A stretch of 64,000 nucleotides of DNA, taken from contig CAVYRF010000001.1 in assembly GCA_963770895.1 (NCBI GenBank), forward strand, positions 320,001 through 384,000, given 5' to 3'. Numbering within the stretch: the first letter of the stretch is position 1; each line of letters begins with the position of its first letter. Source of the stretch: an uncultured Acidobacteriota bacterium (lineage in GTDB: Bacteria > Acidobacteriota > Thermoanaerobaculia > Multivoradales > UBA5704). The translations under genes and the position numbers were made by a program. The notes beneath the pieces were generated by a model. It saw nothing but the letters and a program-made list of their open reading frames with translations. It was not told the origin of the DNA and did no database searches. This document shows positions 38,380 through 48,661 of this stretch, piece after piece.

Positions 38380-39459
38380 ATGGACAAGGTCGGAGAGGTG
38401 GGCGCCGGGCCGGTGCTCCTATATTTAGGCGCAGCTGAGATTGAGGAGCTGTTGCCGCCGGGGGAGTGCATCGCGGTGATGGAGGGGGTGCTGCGCGACC
38501 TGGCGATGGGGGCGGGGGTGCAGCCGCTGCGCTCGGTGATCCCGCTGGAGGTGGGCGGGGATGGAGCGGCCGGCGGTCCGCCGGCGTTTCTCGGTTTGAT
38601 GCCCGGCCAGCTGGGCCGCGACTCCGGTGCCGCCGCTGCTGGCGATACCGGTGGCGTCAATCGTGCCGGCGTTGCCGGGATCAAGGTGGTCACGGTGTTT
38701 CCGGGCAACCGCCAGCTTGGGGCTGAGTCGCATCTTGGGGCGGTGCTGCTGTTCGAAACGGAGATGGGGCGGCCGATCGCGTACCTGGATGCGGCGGCGG
38801 TGACGGCGGTGCGCACGGCGGCGGTGAGCGCCTTGGCGACGCGCGTGCTGGCGCGGCCGGAGGCGGGCGACCTGGCTTTGCTGGGCGCGGGCGTCCAGGC
38901 GCGATGGCATCTGGCGGCGCTGCGGGAGGTGCGGCCGATCCGGCGGGTGCGGGTGTGGAGCCGGCGGCCGGAGAGCGCGCGGCGGTTTGCCGTCGAAGAG
39001 GGCCGCCATGGCCTGGCGGTCGAGGCGGTCGCCTCGCCGGCGGCGGCGGTGGCCGGGGCGGAGCTGGTGTGCACGGTGACCGCGGCGCGCGAGCCGGTGC
39101 TGGCCGGCGCCGACCTGGCGGCCGGTGCGCACGTCAACGCGGTCGGGGCGTGCTTTCCCGCGGCGCGCGAGCTGGACAGCGCGGCGGTGGCAGGCGCGCG
39201 GCTGTTCGTCGACCGGCGCGAATCCGCGCTCCACGAATCCGGCGACTTCCTGGTGCCGCTGCGCGAGGGCGCGATCGGCGCCGATCACATCCAGGGCGAG
39301 CTGGGCGAAGTGCTGGCGGGCCGCGTTGCCGGCCGCGGCAACTCCTCGGAGATCACGCTGTTCAAGTCGCTGGGCCTGGCGGTCGAAGACCTGGCGGCCT
39401 CGCTCCACGTCTATCGGAAGGCGATCGCGCTGGGCCGCGGCCGCTCCCTGGCGCCGTAG
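38380..39459 (+). CDS. Ornithine cyclodeaminase / mu-crystallin family protein
   Basis: GIKVVTVFPGN, TAVRTAAVS, LGAGVQA, HVNAVG, ITLFKSLGLAVEDL. Confidence 0.92.
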   Translation: MDKVGEVGAGPVLLYLGAAEIEELLPPGECIAVMEGVLRDLAMGAGVQPLRSVIPLEVGGDGAAGGPPAFLGLMPGQLGRDSGAAAAGDTGGVNRAGVAGIKVVTVFPGNRQLGAESHLGAVLLFETEMGRPIAYLDAAAVTAVRTAAVSALATRVLARPEAGDLALLGAGVQARWHLAALREVRPIRRVRVWSRRPESARRFAVEEGRHGLAVEAVASPAAAVAGAELVCTVTAAREPVLAGADLAAGAHVNAVGACFPAARELDSAAVAGARLFVDRRESALHESGDFLVPLREGAIGADHIQGELGEVLAGRVAGRGNSSEITLFKSLGLAVEDLAASLHVYRKAIALGRGRSLAP

Positions 39460-42400
39460 CCGGCCAGCTGATCGCGGCGGTCACCCGCCGGCCCGCCCAG
39501 CTGCCAGTTCAGGAAGGAGAGGATGTCGACCAGCTCGTCGATGCGCTGGTCGAGGCTGACGCCTGCGCCGGTGTGGCCGGTGTCCTGGTGGTGGCGCAGG
39601 AGGACGGGTCGGTCGGGGTCCGCCACGGCTTGCAGGCGGGCGGTCATCTTGCGGGCGTGGAGGGGGGCGACCTGGGTGTCGCCGTAGCTGGTTTCGAGAA
39701 AGACCGCCGGGTAGTGGGCGTCTGCCGCCACGTTCTGGTAGGGCGAGTAAGCGCGCAGCGCGGGGAAGGCTTCGGGGCGGTCGGGGGAGCCGTATTCGGG
39801 CAGCCAGAAGCGGGCGGCGAGGAACTTGTTGTAGCGCAGCATGTCGAGCAGCGGATGGGTGGAGACCACGGCGCGGAAGAGGCGCGGCTGCTGGACCATG
39901 GCGGCGGCGACCAGCAGGCCGCCGTTGCTGTGGCCCCAGGCGGCCAGCCGCTCGGGGCGGGTGTAGCCCAGGTCGGCCAGGCCGCGGGCGGCGGCGATCA
40001 GGTCGTCGATCGACAGCTGCTTGTGTTCGCGCACGGCCGCGTCGTGCCACCTGGCCCCCAGCTCGCCGCCGCCGCGGACGTTGGCGACGGCCCAGACGCC
40101 GCCGGCTTCGACCCACCAGGCGATCTCCGGCAGGTACGCGGGGGTGAGGCTGGTGGCGAAGCCGCCGTAGGCGGTGAGGATCGCGGCATGGGAGCCGTCG
40201 AGCGGGATGCCCCGCCGGTGGATGACGAACATTGGCACGCGGGTGCCGTCGGCCGAGGTGACCCAGACCTGCTCCACCTGGTAGGCGGCGGGGTCGAGGC
40301 TGGTGTCGGGCTGGCGCCAGACGGCCAGCCGGCCCGCCGCCAGGTCGTAGCGGTAGACGGTGCCCGGCAGGTGGAAGGATGAAAAGGTGAAGTAGACGAT
40401 CGGGTCGTCGAAACGCCCCGAGAAGCCGCCGATGGTGCCGGCGCCGGGCAGCGGCACGTCGCCCAGGTGGCGCCCGTCGAGGTCGAAGATGGCGAGCCGC
40501 GAATGGACGTCTTCAAGGTACTCGACGAGCAGCCTGCGGCCGGCGCCGAAGACCTTCTGGATGACGGCGCTTTCGTGCTGCGGCACGATCTCGCGCCAGT
40601 GGGCGCGGTCGGGGTGATCGACCGGCGCCACGAAGATGCGCCCGCGCGGCGCCTGCCAGGTGGTCTGGATCACCAGCTGGTCGCCCAGCACGCCGGCGTA
40701 GAACGGCGCGTCGATGCCGCTGACCACCTCGCGCCGCGTCGCCAGGTCGTGGCCGGTGGTGGCCGCCGTCGCCGTACCCGTCGCCGATGCCGCGCCGGCC
40801 GCCCCGGCCGTGCCGGCGGCCGGCGCGACGCGGTCGAGGAATACGTCGATCTCCTGCTGCGTGCCGGAGACGGCGTGGCTCACCAGCCAGCGGCCGTCGT
40901 CGCTCAGGTTGCCCCAGACGATCGATCCCCGCCCGTAGGCCTGGCCGAAGATCACCGCGTCGCTGGCCGGATCGGCGCCGAAGCGGTGGTAGAAGAGCCG
41001 CGAGCCCTCGCCGTCGGCGCGCTCGCGGCCGTAGTAGGCGCCGCGGCCGCCGGCGGCGATGGCGACGCCGAAGTAGCGTCCCAGCGGCAGCTCGTCGGCG
41101 AGCAGGGTGCCGTCGTCGACCGCGACGAAGCGCACCGCGACCTCTTCGGCGCCGCTCTTGCGCACCGCGAAGGCCGCCAGCTTGCCGTCGATCGACAGGT
41201 CGAGAAGCTCGACCGCGGCACGGCTCTCGGCAGTGCTGAAGCGCCGCGGGTCGGCCAGCACGCGCTCGGCTCCCGCGCCGTCGCGCACCACGATCTCGGG
41301 CAGGGTGGCGGTGCCGGTGGCGGCGCGGTAGACGGCGCGCTCGCCGCGCACCGACGGGCGCGACGCGCCGGCGATGCCGGCCAGCTCGGCCAGCCGGCGG
41401 CGCAGCTCCATGCGTCCGGGCAGCACGTCGAGCACGCGGTCGGTGTAGGCGTTCTGCTCCCGCGTCCAGAGGCGCACCTCGGGGGTGCGCGAATCCTCGA
41501 GCCACCGGTAGGGGTCGGCGACCTCCACCCCGTGCAGGGTTTCGACCACCGGCTCGACCAGCGTCGCGGGGACGGCGGGGCGCCGCGTCGCGAGCGGCGC
41601 CGCCGCGAGCCGGCCGCCTGCGACCGCGCCGCCGCGCAGGAAGGCGGCCACCCGCGCCGCGATCTGCGGCGTCGCCACCAGCAGGTCGTCGCCGTGGCCG
41701 GCGCCGTCGACCACGATCTCGACGCCGTGGGAGAGGTGGCGCAGGACGTCCTGGCCGTTCTGCGCCGGGGTGCGGGCGTCGAGGGTGCCGCTCACCACCA
41801 GGACCGGCACCGGCGAGCGCACGCTCTGGCGCAGCGCGGCGTCCAGCGGCTCGACGCCCAGGGCGCCGCACACGTCGGGCACGGCGAAATCGAGCTGCCG
41901 GCCGACCACCGCGGAGGCGGCTTCGGCCGCCACCTGCCGCCGCCGCGCCTCCGAGGCGCCGGAGGCGCAGGCCACGGCGTAGGGCATGACCTGGCCGAGC
42001 CAGCGCTTGCGCTGGCGCAGCAGGTCGCCGGCCAGCGGCTCCCAGTCGCCGCGGTCGAGGTGCACGGCGACCTCGCGCAGCTCGTCGAGCCGCTCGGCCG
42101 CGCCGAGGTGGTCGGCGATGGCGAGCTGCAGGTCCAGGGGGCCGATCGCCACCGGCACCTGGTCGCCGGTCAGCGGGTCCACCGCGGTGGTGCGGACCGG
42201 CTGGCGGTCGAGCGCCGCGAGCCGGACGCGCAGCACGTCGAGCAGCGTGCGGCCGTCGCCCATCGCGATCCTGGCCAGGACCGCGTCCGCCGCCGCCGGC
42301 AGCTTGAGCTCCTGGTCCGGGCCGACGACGCCCATGAGCACCGCCCGTTCGACGGCGGCGCCGTGCCGGCGCAGCACCTCGAGCGCCAGGCGGGTGCCGT

Positions 42401-43028
42401 AGCTGGTGGCGACCAGCGAGATCCGCCTGGCGCCCAGGGCCTGGCGCAGCGCCTCGACGTCGTCGGCCATCTCGCGCGGGTTGTAGGCCGCGAGGTGGGC
42501 GCCGAGGTTCCGCATCTGTTGGGCGCACGCTTCCCCCGCCTGGCGGACCGCCGCCAGCGCCGCGTCCTCGCCCAGCGGCTGGTCGCGGGGGTGCTCCCAG
42601 GTTTTGCTGCACACCAGGGCCGGCCGCGACAGGCCGGTGCCGCGCTGGTCGAGCAGCACCACGTCGGCGATGTCGCGCAGCCCCAGCAACAGGTCGGCGC
42701 GCGGGCCGCGCGCGCTGTCGATGCCCGAGGCGCCGGGGCCGCCGGCCAGGTAGACGATCGGCGGCCCGGGGTGCGCCGCGGTGCTGGGCAGGCGGACGTA
42801 GGCCAGCTTCAGCGTCGCCGCCGGCGCGCCGCCGCGGCGCTGCTCGGGCACCTCCAGGATGCCCATCGTCCCCTTGACCTGCCGCCCGTCCGCGGCGGCC
42901 CAGACATAGGGGCCGGCCTCGGGGTCGATGGCCGCCGGCGCCGCCGCCGGGTGCGCGGCGAGCGCGGCGGCGCCCAGCAGGGCGAGGAGCGTGCCGGACC
43001 GCGTCCGGGCTGGCCGTTCAGGCGGCAT
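39411..43028 (-). CDS. Secreted fusion: TAP-like alpha/beta hydrolase + prolyl oligopeptidase (S9A)
   Basis: N-half GGPG, DQRGTG, TSYGT, GTLDARTP, GAGH; C-half DPYRWLED, YGGF, NVRGGGE, GHSNGG, EYGSP, DTQV, TGH. Confidence 0.88.
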   Translation of the reverse strand: MPPERPARTRSGTLLALLGAAALAAHPAAAPAAIDPEAGPYVWAAADGRQVKGTMGILEVPEQRRGGAPAATLKLAYVRLPSTAAHPGPPIVYLAGGPGASGIDSARGPRADLLLGLRDIADVVLLDQRGTGLSRPALVCSKTWEHPRDQPLGEDAALAAVRQAGEACAQQMRNLGAHLAAYNPREMADDVEALRQALGARRISLVATSYGTRLALEVLRRHGAAVERAVLMGVVGPDQELKLPAAADAVLARIAMGDGRTLLDVLRVRLAALDRQPVRTTAVDPLTGDQVPVAIGPLDLQLAIADHLGAAERLDELREVAVHLDRGDWEPLAGDLLRQRKRWLGQVMPYAVACASGASEARRRQVAAEAASAVVGRQLDFAVPDVCGALGVEPLDAALRQSVRSPVPVLVVSGTLDARTPAQNGQDVLRHLSHGVEIVVDGAGHGDDLLVATPQIAARVAAFLRGGAVAGGRLAAAPLATRRPAVPATLVEPVVETLHGVEVADPYRWLEDSRTPEVRLWTREQNAYTDRVLDVLPGRMELRRRLAELAGIAGASRPSVRGERAVYRAATGTATLPEIVVRDGAGAERVLADPRRFSTAESRAAVELLDLSIDGKLAAFAVRKSGAEEVAVRFVAVDDGTLLADELPLGRYFGVAIAAGGRGAYYGRERADGEGSRLFYHRFGADPASDAVIFGQAYGRGSIVWGNLSDDGRWLVSHAVSGTQQEIDVFLDRVAPAAGTAGAAGAASATGTATAATTGHDLATRREVVSGIDAPFYAGVLGDQLVIQTTWQAPRGRIFVAPVDHPDRAHWREIVPQHESAVIQKVFGAGRRLLVEYLEDVHSRLAIFDLDGRHLGDVPLPGAGTIGGFSGRFDDPIVYFTFSSFHLPGTVYRYDLAAGRLAVWRQPDTSLDPAAYQVEQVWVTSADGTRVPMFVIHRRGIPLDGSHAAILTAYGGFATSLTPAYLPEIAWWVEAGGVWAVANVRGGGELGARWHDAAVREHKQLSIDDLIAAARGLADLGYTRPERLAAWGHSNGGLLVAAAMVQQPRLFRAVVSTHPLLDMLRYNKFLAARFWLPEYGSPDRPEAFPALRAYSPYQNVAADAHYPAVFLETSYGDTQVAPLHARKMTARLQAVADPDRPVLLRHHQDTGHTGAGVSLDQRIDELVDILSFLNWQLGGPAGDRRDQLAGYGARERPRPSAIAFR

Positions 43029-44340
43029 GGGATGAAGGGAGCCGCCGCAGCGCCACCGTGCCGCCGTAGGTGAGCCGCCGCCACAGCCATTCCACCGGGC
43101 CGAGCTCGAAGCCGCGCGACCACCACCAGCGGCTCCATAGCACCTGCAAGGGGAAGAGGATCCACGCCACCGCCACGGCCACCGCCGCGCCCACCCTGCC
43201 GAACAGGCCCAGGCCCATGCCGTAGAAGATGAAGATGCACACCAGGCTCTGCATCAGGTAGTTGGTCAGGGTCATTCTCCCCACCGCCACCAGCGGCTGC
43301 AGGCGCCGCCGCCAGGCGGGCCGCTGAAACAGCCAGGCCAGCCCCGCCATGTAGAAGAAGCAGAGCAGCGGCACGGTCGCGTACTGCACCAGGGTGAGCA
43401 CCATGCCCGCCGCGGACGGCGGGTAGTAGACGTGCCGGTCGGTGAGGACCGCGAACACCACGTTGCCCGGCAGGGCGACGATCCCCGCCCAGGCGATCCA
43501 GCGGCCCGGCAGCAGCGCGGGGTCGGCCTCGACGCGCTCGATCAGGCGGGTGCGGCCGACGAACAGCCCGAACAGGAACATGCCGATCACGTCGGGCCAG
43601 TACAGATTGAAGGTGAACATCGACCACCAGAAGGAGAGAAACGCCAGGTTCCCCTTCACCACCTGCGGATAGCCGCCCTTGGCGAAGCCGTCCATCCAGA
43701 TGAGGAACAGGTCCTTGTGGCCGGTCAGGGCGGCGGCGACGTGGTAGGGCGACGGCGGCTTGACCAGCAGCGACAGCGCGTAGAGCGGGATCGGCAGCAG
43801 GTAGATGGCGACCGCCGAGATCAGGATGGTGCGCGGCGAGCGGCGCAGGAAGGGCAGCAGCACCAGGCCGAGCACCGCGTAGATCACCAGGATGTCGCCG
43901 CCCCACAGCAGGATGCCGTGCACCAGGCCGAACGCCAGGAGCACCGCCTGGCGGCGCAGGAAGCGCGGCACGACCGACCGGCCGGCCTGCTCGGCGCGCC
44001 CGGCCATCAGGCCGAAGCCGATGCCGAAGATGAAGGCGAAGAGCGCGAAGTCCTTGTTCTCGATGAAGACGTGGCGCAGGAAGCGCACGGCGGTGTCGAG
44101 CGCGTAGGTGGGGATGGCCCGCGCCTCCTTGTCGGAGAGGAACTCGTAGCCGGAGAAGATGAAGACGTTGAACGTCAGGATCCAGAGCAGGGCGAAGCCG
44201 CGCAACGCATCCAGGGTGGCCAGCCGCTCGCCGTCCGCGACCGGCCCCGCGGCCTGGGCCGCGACCGGAGCCGCGGTCTGCCCAGCGCCCGCCACCGCGC
44301 TCGCGCCGCCGCCACCACCGCCGCCGCCGTCGCGGCTCAT
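43018..44340 (-). CDS. DUF418 (YeiB-like) membrane protein
   Basis: RLATLDALRGFAL, FGIGF, GDIL..YA, VGRMTLTNYLMQS, GPVEWLWRRLTY. Confidence 0.9.
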   Translation of the reverse strand: MSRDGGGGGGGGASAVAGAGQTAAPVAAQAAGPVADGERLATLDALRGFALLWILTFNVFIFSGYEFLSDKEARAIPTYALDTAVRFLRHVFIENKDFALFAFIFGIGFGLMAGRAEQAGRSVVPRFLRRQAVLLAFGLVHGILLWGGDILVIYAVLGLVLLPFLRRSPRTILISAVAIYLLPIPLYALSLLVKPPSPYHVAAALTGHKDLFLIWMDGFAKGGYPQVVKGNLAFLSFWWSMFTFNLYWPDVIGMFLFGLFVGRTRLIERVEADPALLPGRWIAWAGIVALPGNVVFAVLTDRHVYYPPSAAGMVLTLVQYATVPLLCFFYMAGLAWLFQRPAWRRRLQPLVAVGRMTLTNYLMQSLVCIFIFYGMGLGLFGRVGAAVAVAVAWILFPLQVLWSRWWWSRGFELGPVEWLWRRLTYGGTVALRRLPSSHAA

Positions 44341-45248
44341 GGCGCCGCCTGGCGCGCCGGCGCGGCGGCGTGCTCGACCAGCAGGTGGACGTTGCCGAAC
44401 GGGTCCACCAGCTCGGCGTGGCGGCCGGGCACGGCGGCGTCCCGCGCCGCGCGCACGGTGGCGCCGCGGGCGCCCAGGTCGCGGCAGGCGGCGTCGAGGT
44501 CGTCCACCTCCAGGACCAGGTTCATCTGCGCGCTGTCGGGCGCCGGCGGCGGCGCCGCCTGGGTGGCGCTTTCGTGCAGCACCACCTGGAGGACGCCCGC
44601 CGGCAGGTAGGGGATGACCGGCGGGTAGTACGCTTCGGAATACACCTTGAAGCCGAGCAGCCCTTCGTAGAAGCGGCGCGCCGCGGCCATCGCCGGCATC
44701 GCCGGCACGGTGATGCCGTAGTTGAACACCCGCGGCCGCGCCGGCCGCTCCTGCTGGTCGCCGCCGCTGGCTTCGATCAGGTACAGGAGGTTGCCGGCGG
44801 GGTCGGCGATCGGCATGTTGGCTCCGATCGCCGAGCCCAGCGGCTTGTCGGCCAGCTGGCGGACGCCGCGCCGCGCCGCGTCGGCCAGCGCCGCGTCGAG
44901 GCTTGGGACCTGCAGGTTGAGGTGCGCTTCACTGGGCCCCGGCAGGACGTGGTGGACCGCGTCGCGCACCTTGAGCAGGCGCAGGCTCACCTGACCGTTG
45001 AGCAGGTCGGCGCTGCCCGCCGCCCGGTCCACCCGCACCGTCTCGAAGCCGGCGACGCCACGGTAGAACTCCACCGCCTGGTCCAGGTCCACCACCCGCA
45101 CCACCAGCCCGGTGATCCGCGGCGGCGGCGCTGTCGCCGGGATCGCCGGTGCCGCCGCGCCGCCGGGGGCCGGCGCCCGCGCCGCGAGCAGCAACGGGGT
45201 GAGGGCCGCGAGAGACCAGGCGCCGAGCCAGCAGAGCGAAGGGGTCAT
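44337..45248 (-). CDS. Secreted tandem VOC (glyoxalase/bleomycin-resistance fold) protein
   Basis: Signal peptide; VVDLDQAVEFY...ADPAGNLL and AARRFYEGLLGF...VDDLD...VDPFGN. Confidence 0.8.
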   Translation of the reverse strand: MTPSLCWLGAWSLAALTPLLLAARAPAPGGAAAPAIPATAPPPRITGLVVRVVDLDQAVEFYRGVAGFETVRVDRAAGSADLLNGQVSLRLLKVRDAVHHVLPGPSEAHLNLQVPSLDAALADAARRGVRQLADKPLGSAIGANMPIADPAGNLLYLIEASGGDQQERPARPRVFNYGITVPAMPAMAAARRFYEGLLGFKVYSEAYYPPVIPYLPAGVLQVVLHESATQAAPPPAPDSAQMNLVLEVDDLDAACRDLGARGATVRAARDAAVPGRHAELVDPFGNVHLLVEHAAAPARQAAP

Positions 45249-45288
45249 GGCAACCTCCAGGGAGACGATGGCTGGGGCCGCCGCCGCG

Positions 45289-47694
45289 TCATTCGGCGCG
45301 CAGGCTCACCACCGGATCGACGGTGGTGGCCCGCCGCGCCGGCAGCCAGCCGGCGAGCAGGGCGGTGAGGAGGATCAGCGCCACGACGCCGGCATAGGTC
45401 GGCGGATCGGCGGCGGGCACCTGGAACAGCAGGCTGGCCAGGACGCGGCCGAACCAGAGCGACGCCAGGAGGCCCGCCGCCAGGCCCAGGACCACCGTCG
45501 CCAGCGCCTGGCGCACGACGAGCCAGCGGGTCTGCCAGCGGCCGGCGCCCAGCGCGATGCGCACCCCGATGTCGCGCGCCTGGCGCGACACCGCGTAGGC
45601 CAGCGAGCCGTACAGGCCGACGCCCATCAGGAACAGCGCCAGGCCGGCGAAGGCGGCGAGCAGCCCGACCTGGAAGCGCACCGGCGCCAGGACGTCGTCC
45701 GCCGCTTGGCGCAGCGACTGCACCGGCAGCACCGGCAGCAGCGGCAGCAGCTCCCGCACCGTGCGCTCGACCGCCGGCGCCACGGCGGCCGCCGCGGCGT
45801 AGCTGCGCACCAGGATGCGGGTCTCCATCCACGGCGCCTGGAGCGTCGAGACGTAGACCGCTGGCGCCTCGGCGTTGAGCAGGTCGGACTGCTGGACGTC
45901 GCCGGCGACGCCGACGATCCGCCATTCGGGGTGCGGCAGGCGGCCGACGGTCGGGCCGTAGTCGAGGTCGATCGCCACGCGCTCGCCCAGCGCCGCCGCG
46001 TCGCCGCCGGTGAACTGGCGGGCGAACGCCTGGTTGACCACCGCCACCGGCTCGGCCCGCGGGCCGTCGGCGTCGCCCAGCGCGCGCCCGCGCCGGATCG
46101 GGATCGCCAGCAGCGCGAAGAAGCCCGGACTGACCGGCCGGATGGAGACCGTCCGCTGGCTGGCGTTGCCGCGCTGTTCGCGGCCGGCCAGGGAGACCTC
46201 GTGGGTGACGTTGAAGCCGCGCACGAGCGGCGGCGACACCGCCGTCGCCGCCTGCTCGACGCCGGGGATGGCGAGCAGGCGGCGGCGCAGCTCGCCGAAG
46301 AGCGCCGCCAGCGCCTCCGGTTCCTGGTATTGGCTCGGCAGCGACACCCCGGTGGCGAGCACCGGGCCCGGATCGAAGCCCAGCGGCACCGCGCTCAGCC
46401 GCGCCAGGGTGCGCAGGAAGAGGCCGCAGGCCACCAGCAGCACCAGGGTGACCGCCACCTGCACCGCCACCAGGGTGCGCCGCACCGCGTGCCCGGCGGT
46501 CACCCGCGCGCCGGTCTGCAGGCCGCCGCGCAGCGGCGTGCGCAGCGCCGGCAGCAGGCCGGCGGCCAGGCCGCAGGCGGCGCCCAGCGCCAGGCCCAGC
46601 AGCAGCTCGACGCCGCCCACCCGCGCCTGGTCCAGGCGGTGGATGGTGGCCGGCCCGAAGCGCACCAGCAGGCCGATGCCGAAGCGCCCGAGCGCCACCC
46701 CGAGCGCCCCGCCGCCCAGCCCCAGCCAGAGGTTCTCGAGCAGCTCCTTGCGGAACACCCGCGCGCGCGAGGCGCCGAGGGCATAGCGCACCGCCGTTTC
46801 GCCCCGCCGCTGCTCGGCCCTGGCCAGCTGCAGCAGGGCGACGTTGCAGCAGGCCAGCGCCAGCGCCGCGGCGACGGTGAGCTGGAGCAGCAGCAGGTTG
46901 CGCGCGAAGTCCTTGACCACCGCGTCGCGCATGCCGCTGACGCGCGCCGCCAGCCCTTCGTTGAGGTCGGGGTGCTCGCGCGCCATGGCCTGGGCGAACA
47001 GCTTCATCTCCGCCGCGGCCTGCGCCGGGGCGGCGTCGCGGGCCAGCCGGCCGACGACGTAGTAGAAGCGGGTGTCGCGCGGCATCAGGTCGCTGTGCGG
47101 GCTCACCTTCCACAGCTCCACGTGGCGCGTCACCGGGAAGCGGAAGTCGGGCGGCATCACTCCCGCCACGGTCACCGTCACGCCGTCCAGCGCCAGGCGG
47201 CGCCCGACGACGCCGCGTTCGGCGCCGAACTGCCGGCGCCACAGGCCGTCGCTCAACAGCACCTCGGGCGGCGACGCCGGTCCGTCGGCGACGAAGCCGT
47301 GGCCCAGGGCCGGCCGCACGCCGAGGACGCCGAAGAGGTTGGCCGTCACCACGGCGCCGGGCAGCCGGTCGGGCCGTTCGAGGCCGCCGACGTTGAAGGT
47401 CCAAAGGTGGTAGGCACCGATGCCGTCGAGGCTGCGGCACCGGCTGCGCAGGTCGGCCAGCTCGGGCGGCGACAGGGGTTGCGGCTTGCCGGCGGCGGTC
47501 TCCCAGTTCATCGTGACCAGCCGGCCGGGGTCGCGGTACGGCAGCGGTTCGAGCAGCGTCGCGCGCACGACGCCGAAGATGGCGAGGTTGGCGCCGATGC
47601 CCAGGGCGAGAGTGAGCAGGATGGCCGCCGCTACCCGCGGATTGCGCCGCAGGCGGCGTACGGCCTGCCGTGACTCCTGCCAGACGTCGGACAT
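45289..47694 (-). CDS. MacB/FtsX-like duplicated orphan ABC permease (ADOP-type)
   Basis: LTLALGIGANLAIFGVV..LL.PLPY..P.RLV, ACCNVA, ALGASR, VSPGFF, DIGVRIALGA, PARRA..VDP..SLRAE. Confidence 0.9.
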   Translation of the reverse strand: MSDVWQESRQAVRRLRRNPRVAAAILLTLALGIGANLAIFGVVRATLLEPLPYRDPGRLVTMNWETAAGKPQPLSPPELADLRSRCRSLDGIGAYHLWTFNVGGLERPDRLPGAVVTANLFGVLGVRPALGHGFVADGPASPPEVLLSDGLWRRQFGAERGVVGRRLALDGVTVTVAGVMPPDFRFPVTRHVELWKVSPHSDLMPRDTRFYYVVGRLARDAAPAQAAAEMKLFAQAMAREHPDLNEGLAARVSGMRDAVVKDFARNLLLLQLTVAAALALACCNVALLQLARAEQRRGETAVRYALGASRARVFRKELLENLWLGLGGGALGVALGRFGIGLLVRFGPATIHRLDQARVGGVELLLGLALGAACGLAAGLLPALRTPLRGGLQTGARVTAGHAVRRTLVAVQVAVTLVLLVACGLFLRTLARLSAVPLGFDPGPVLATGVSLPSQYQEPEALAALFGELRRRLLAIPGVEQAATAVSPPLVRGFNVTHEVSLAGREQRGNASQRTVSIRPVSPGFFALLAIPIRRGRALGDADGPRAEPVAVVNQAFARQFTGGDAAALGERVAIDLDYGPTVGRLPHPEWRIVGVAGDVQQSDLLNAEAPAVYVSTLQAPWMETRILVRSYAAAAAVAPAVERTVRELLPLLPVLPVQSLRQAADDVLAPVRFQVGLLAAFAGLALFLMGVGLYGSLAYAVSRQARDIGVRIALGAGRWQTRWLVVRQALATVVLGLAAGLLASLWFGRVLASLLFQVPAADPPTYAGVVALILLTALLAGWLPARRATTVDPVVSLRAE

Positions 47695-47784
47695 TTCGGC
47701 TCCTGTCGTCTGCGGCACTGCGGTAGCGAGTTAGCCGAAAGCATTGTTGCGCAATCGAGACGGCGACTTCAAGCTGACGAGCGC

Positions 47785-47831
47785 GGCATTCCGCCCGATG
47801 ATCGCGGGTAGCGAGCGGCGGGCGGAATGCC
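47785..47831. terminator. Stem-loop between the secreted-protein gene and the permease
   Basis: Perfect 13-bp stem ggcattccgcccg / cgggcggaatgcc; no U-tract. Confidence 0.5.
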
Positions 47832-47861
47832 GGCGGATGCGGAGCGGCCGCGCGGCGCGGC

Positions 47862-48536
47862 TCAGTTCGAATCCGGCGACGAGGGGCTTTCGTCGCAGGC
47901 GGCCGGGCGCACGGTCACGTTGACCGGCGTCACCTCGCCCGCGGCGGACAGCGAGGAGAGCGACTGCGGCATCAGGGCGGCCATGATCTTCGCCGTGTCG
48001 CCCTTCTTCATGGTGAAGATGGTGTGCACCGGCGGCGGGAACGCGGTGATCGAGCCGGCGGTCAGGCCGTAGAGACCGGTGACGTTGCCGAACGGCGTTT
48101 CCAGCGTGTAGGGCATGGCGAACTGCGCCTGCGCCGGGAAGTCCAGCGGCTGGCCGGGGTTCCACGCCTGGTAGGACTGCACGAAGCTGGCGTCCTTGGT
48201 CGGCATGTCCTTCTGCATGCGGAAGTGCAGCGGTCCGCCGAGCAGCTCGGAGACGCCGTCGGCCTGCCAGTCGAGGATCTCAAGATCGACCCGGCGCATG
48301 CCGTTGGGCGCGACGTAGGGCTTGCCGGTGCGCAGGCGCAGCTTGGCCTTGCAGGTGACGACCTCCACGCGGTCGCCGACGGTGACGTTGAAGGAGGGGT
48401 TGGAGTTCAGCGTGTAGACGGCGGAGGCGGGGAATTCGTTGGTCTGCTTGGCCGCGACCTGCTGGGCGACCACCGGGCTAACGGCCAGCGCCAGGACGGC
48501 CACAGCCAACAGGCACAGCTTCCAGGATCTCAGCAT
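47862..48536 (-). CDS. Secreted beta-rich hypothetical protein (possibly DUF6004-like)
   Basis: Signal peptide ...AVSPVVA/QQ; GAGGAG RBS; PYV..NG.RRVD.....WQA...S.LL and DFPA..F motifs; family assignment from memory only. Confidence 0.7.
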   Translation of the reverse strand: MLRSWKLCLLAVAVLALAVSPVVAQQVAAKQTNEFPASAVYTLNSNPSFNVTVGDRVEVVTCKAKLRLRTGKPYVAPNGMRRVDLEILDWQADGVSELLGGPLHFRMQKDMPTKDASFVQSYQAWNPGQPLDFPAQAQFAMPYTLETPFGNVTGLYGLTAGSITAFPPPVHTIFTMKKGDTAKIMAALMPQSLSSLSAAGEVTPVNVTVRPAACDESPSSPDSN

Positions 48537-48661
48537 GCCGGTTCTCCTCTCTGGATTCGGGGGCGGGGATTCCGCTGAGCCCTACTTTAGAGCCGTTGCG
48601 GGTCGCGGACTTTCTTGAAAATTGCTAATCTTGGGCAAACAGCGATACATGGAGCTGCGCC

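Noticed and set aside
35943-38380. Retron associated with the ATPase/HNH pair
   Set aside because: No reverse transcriptase ORF and no recognisable msr-msd inverted repeats nearby
39411-43028. Double peptidase as leader protease for the 60630 peptide
   Set aside because: More than 16 kb away, across an R-M island, in a separate operon; nothing in the sequence links them
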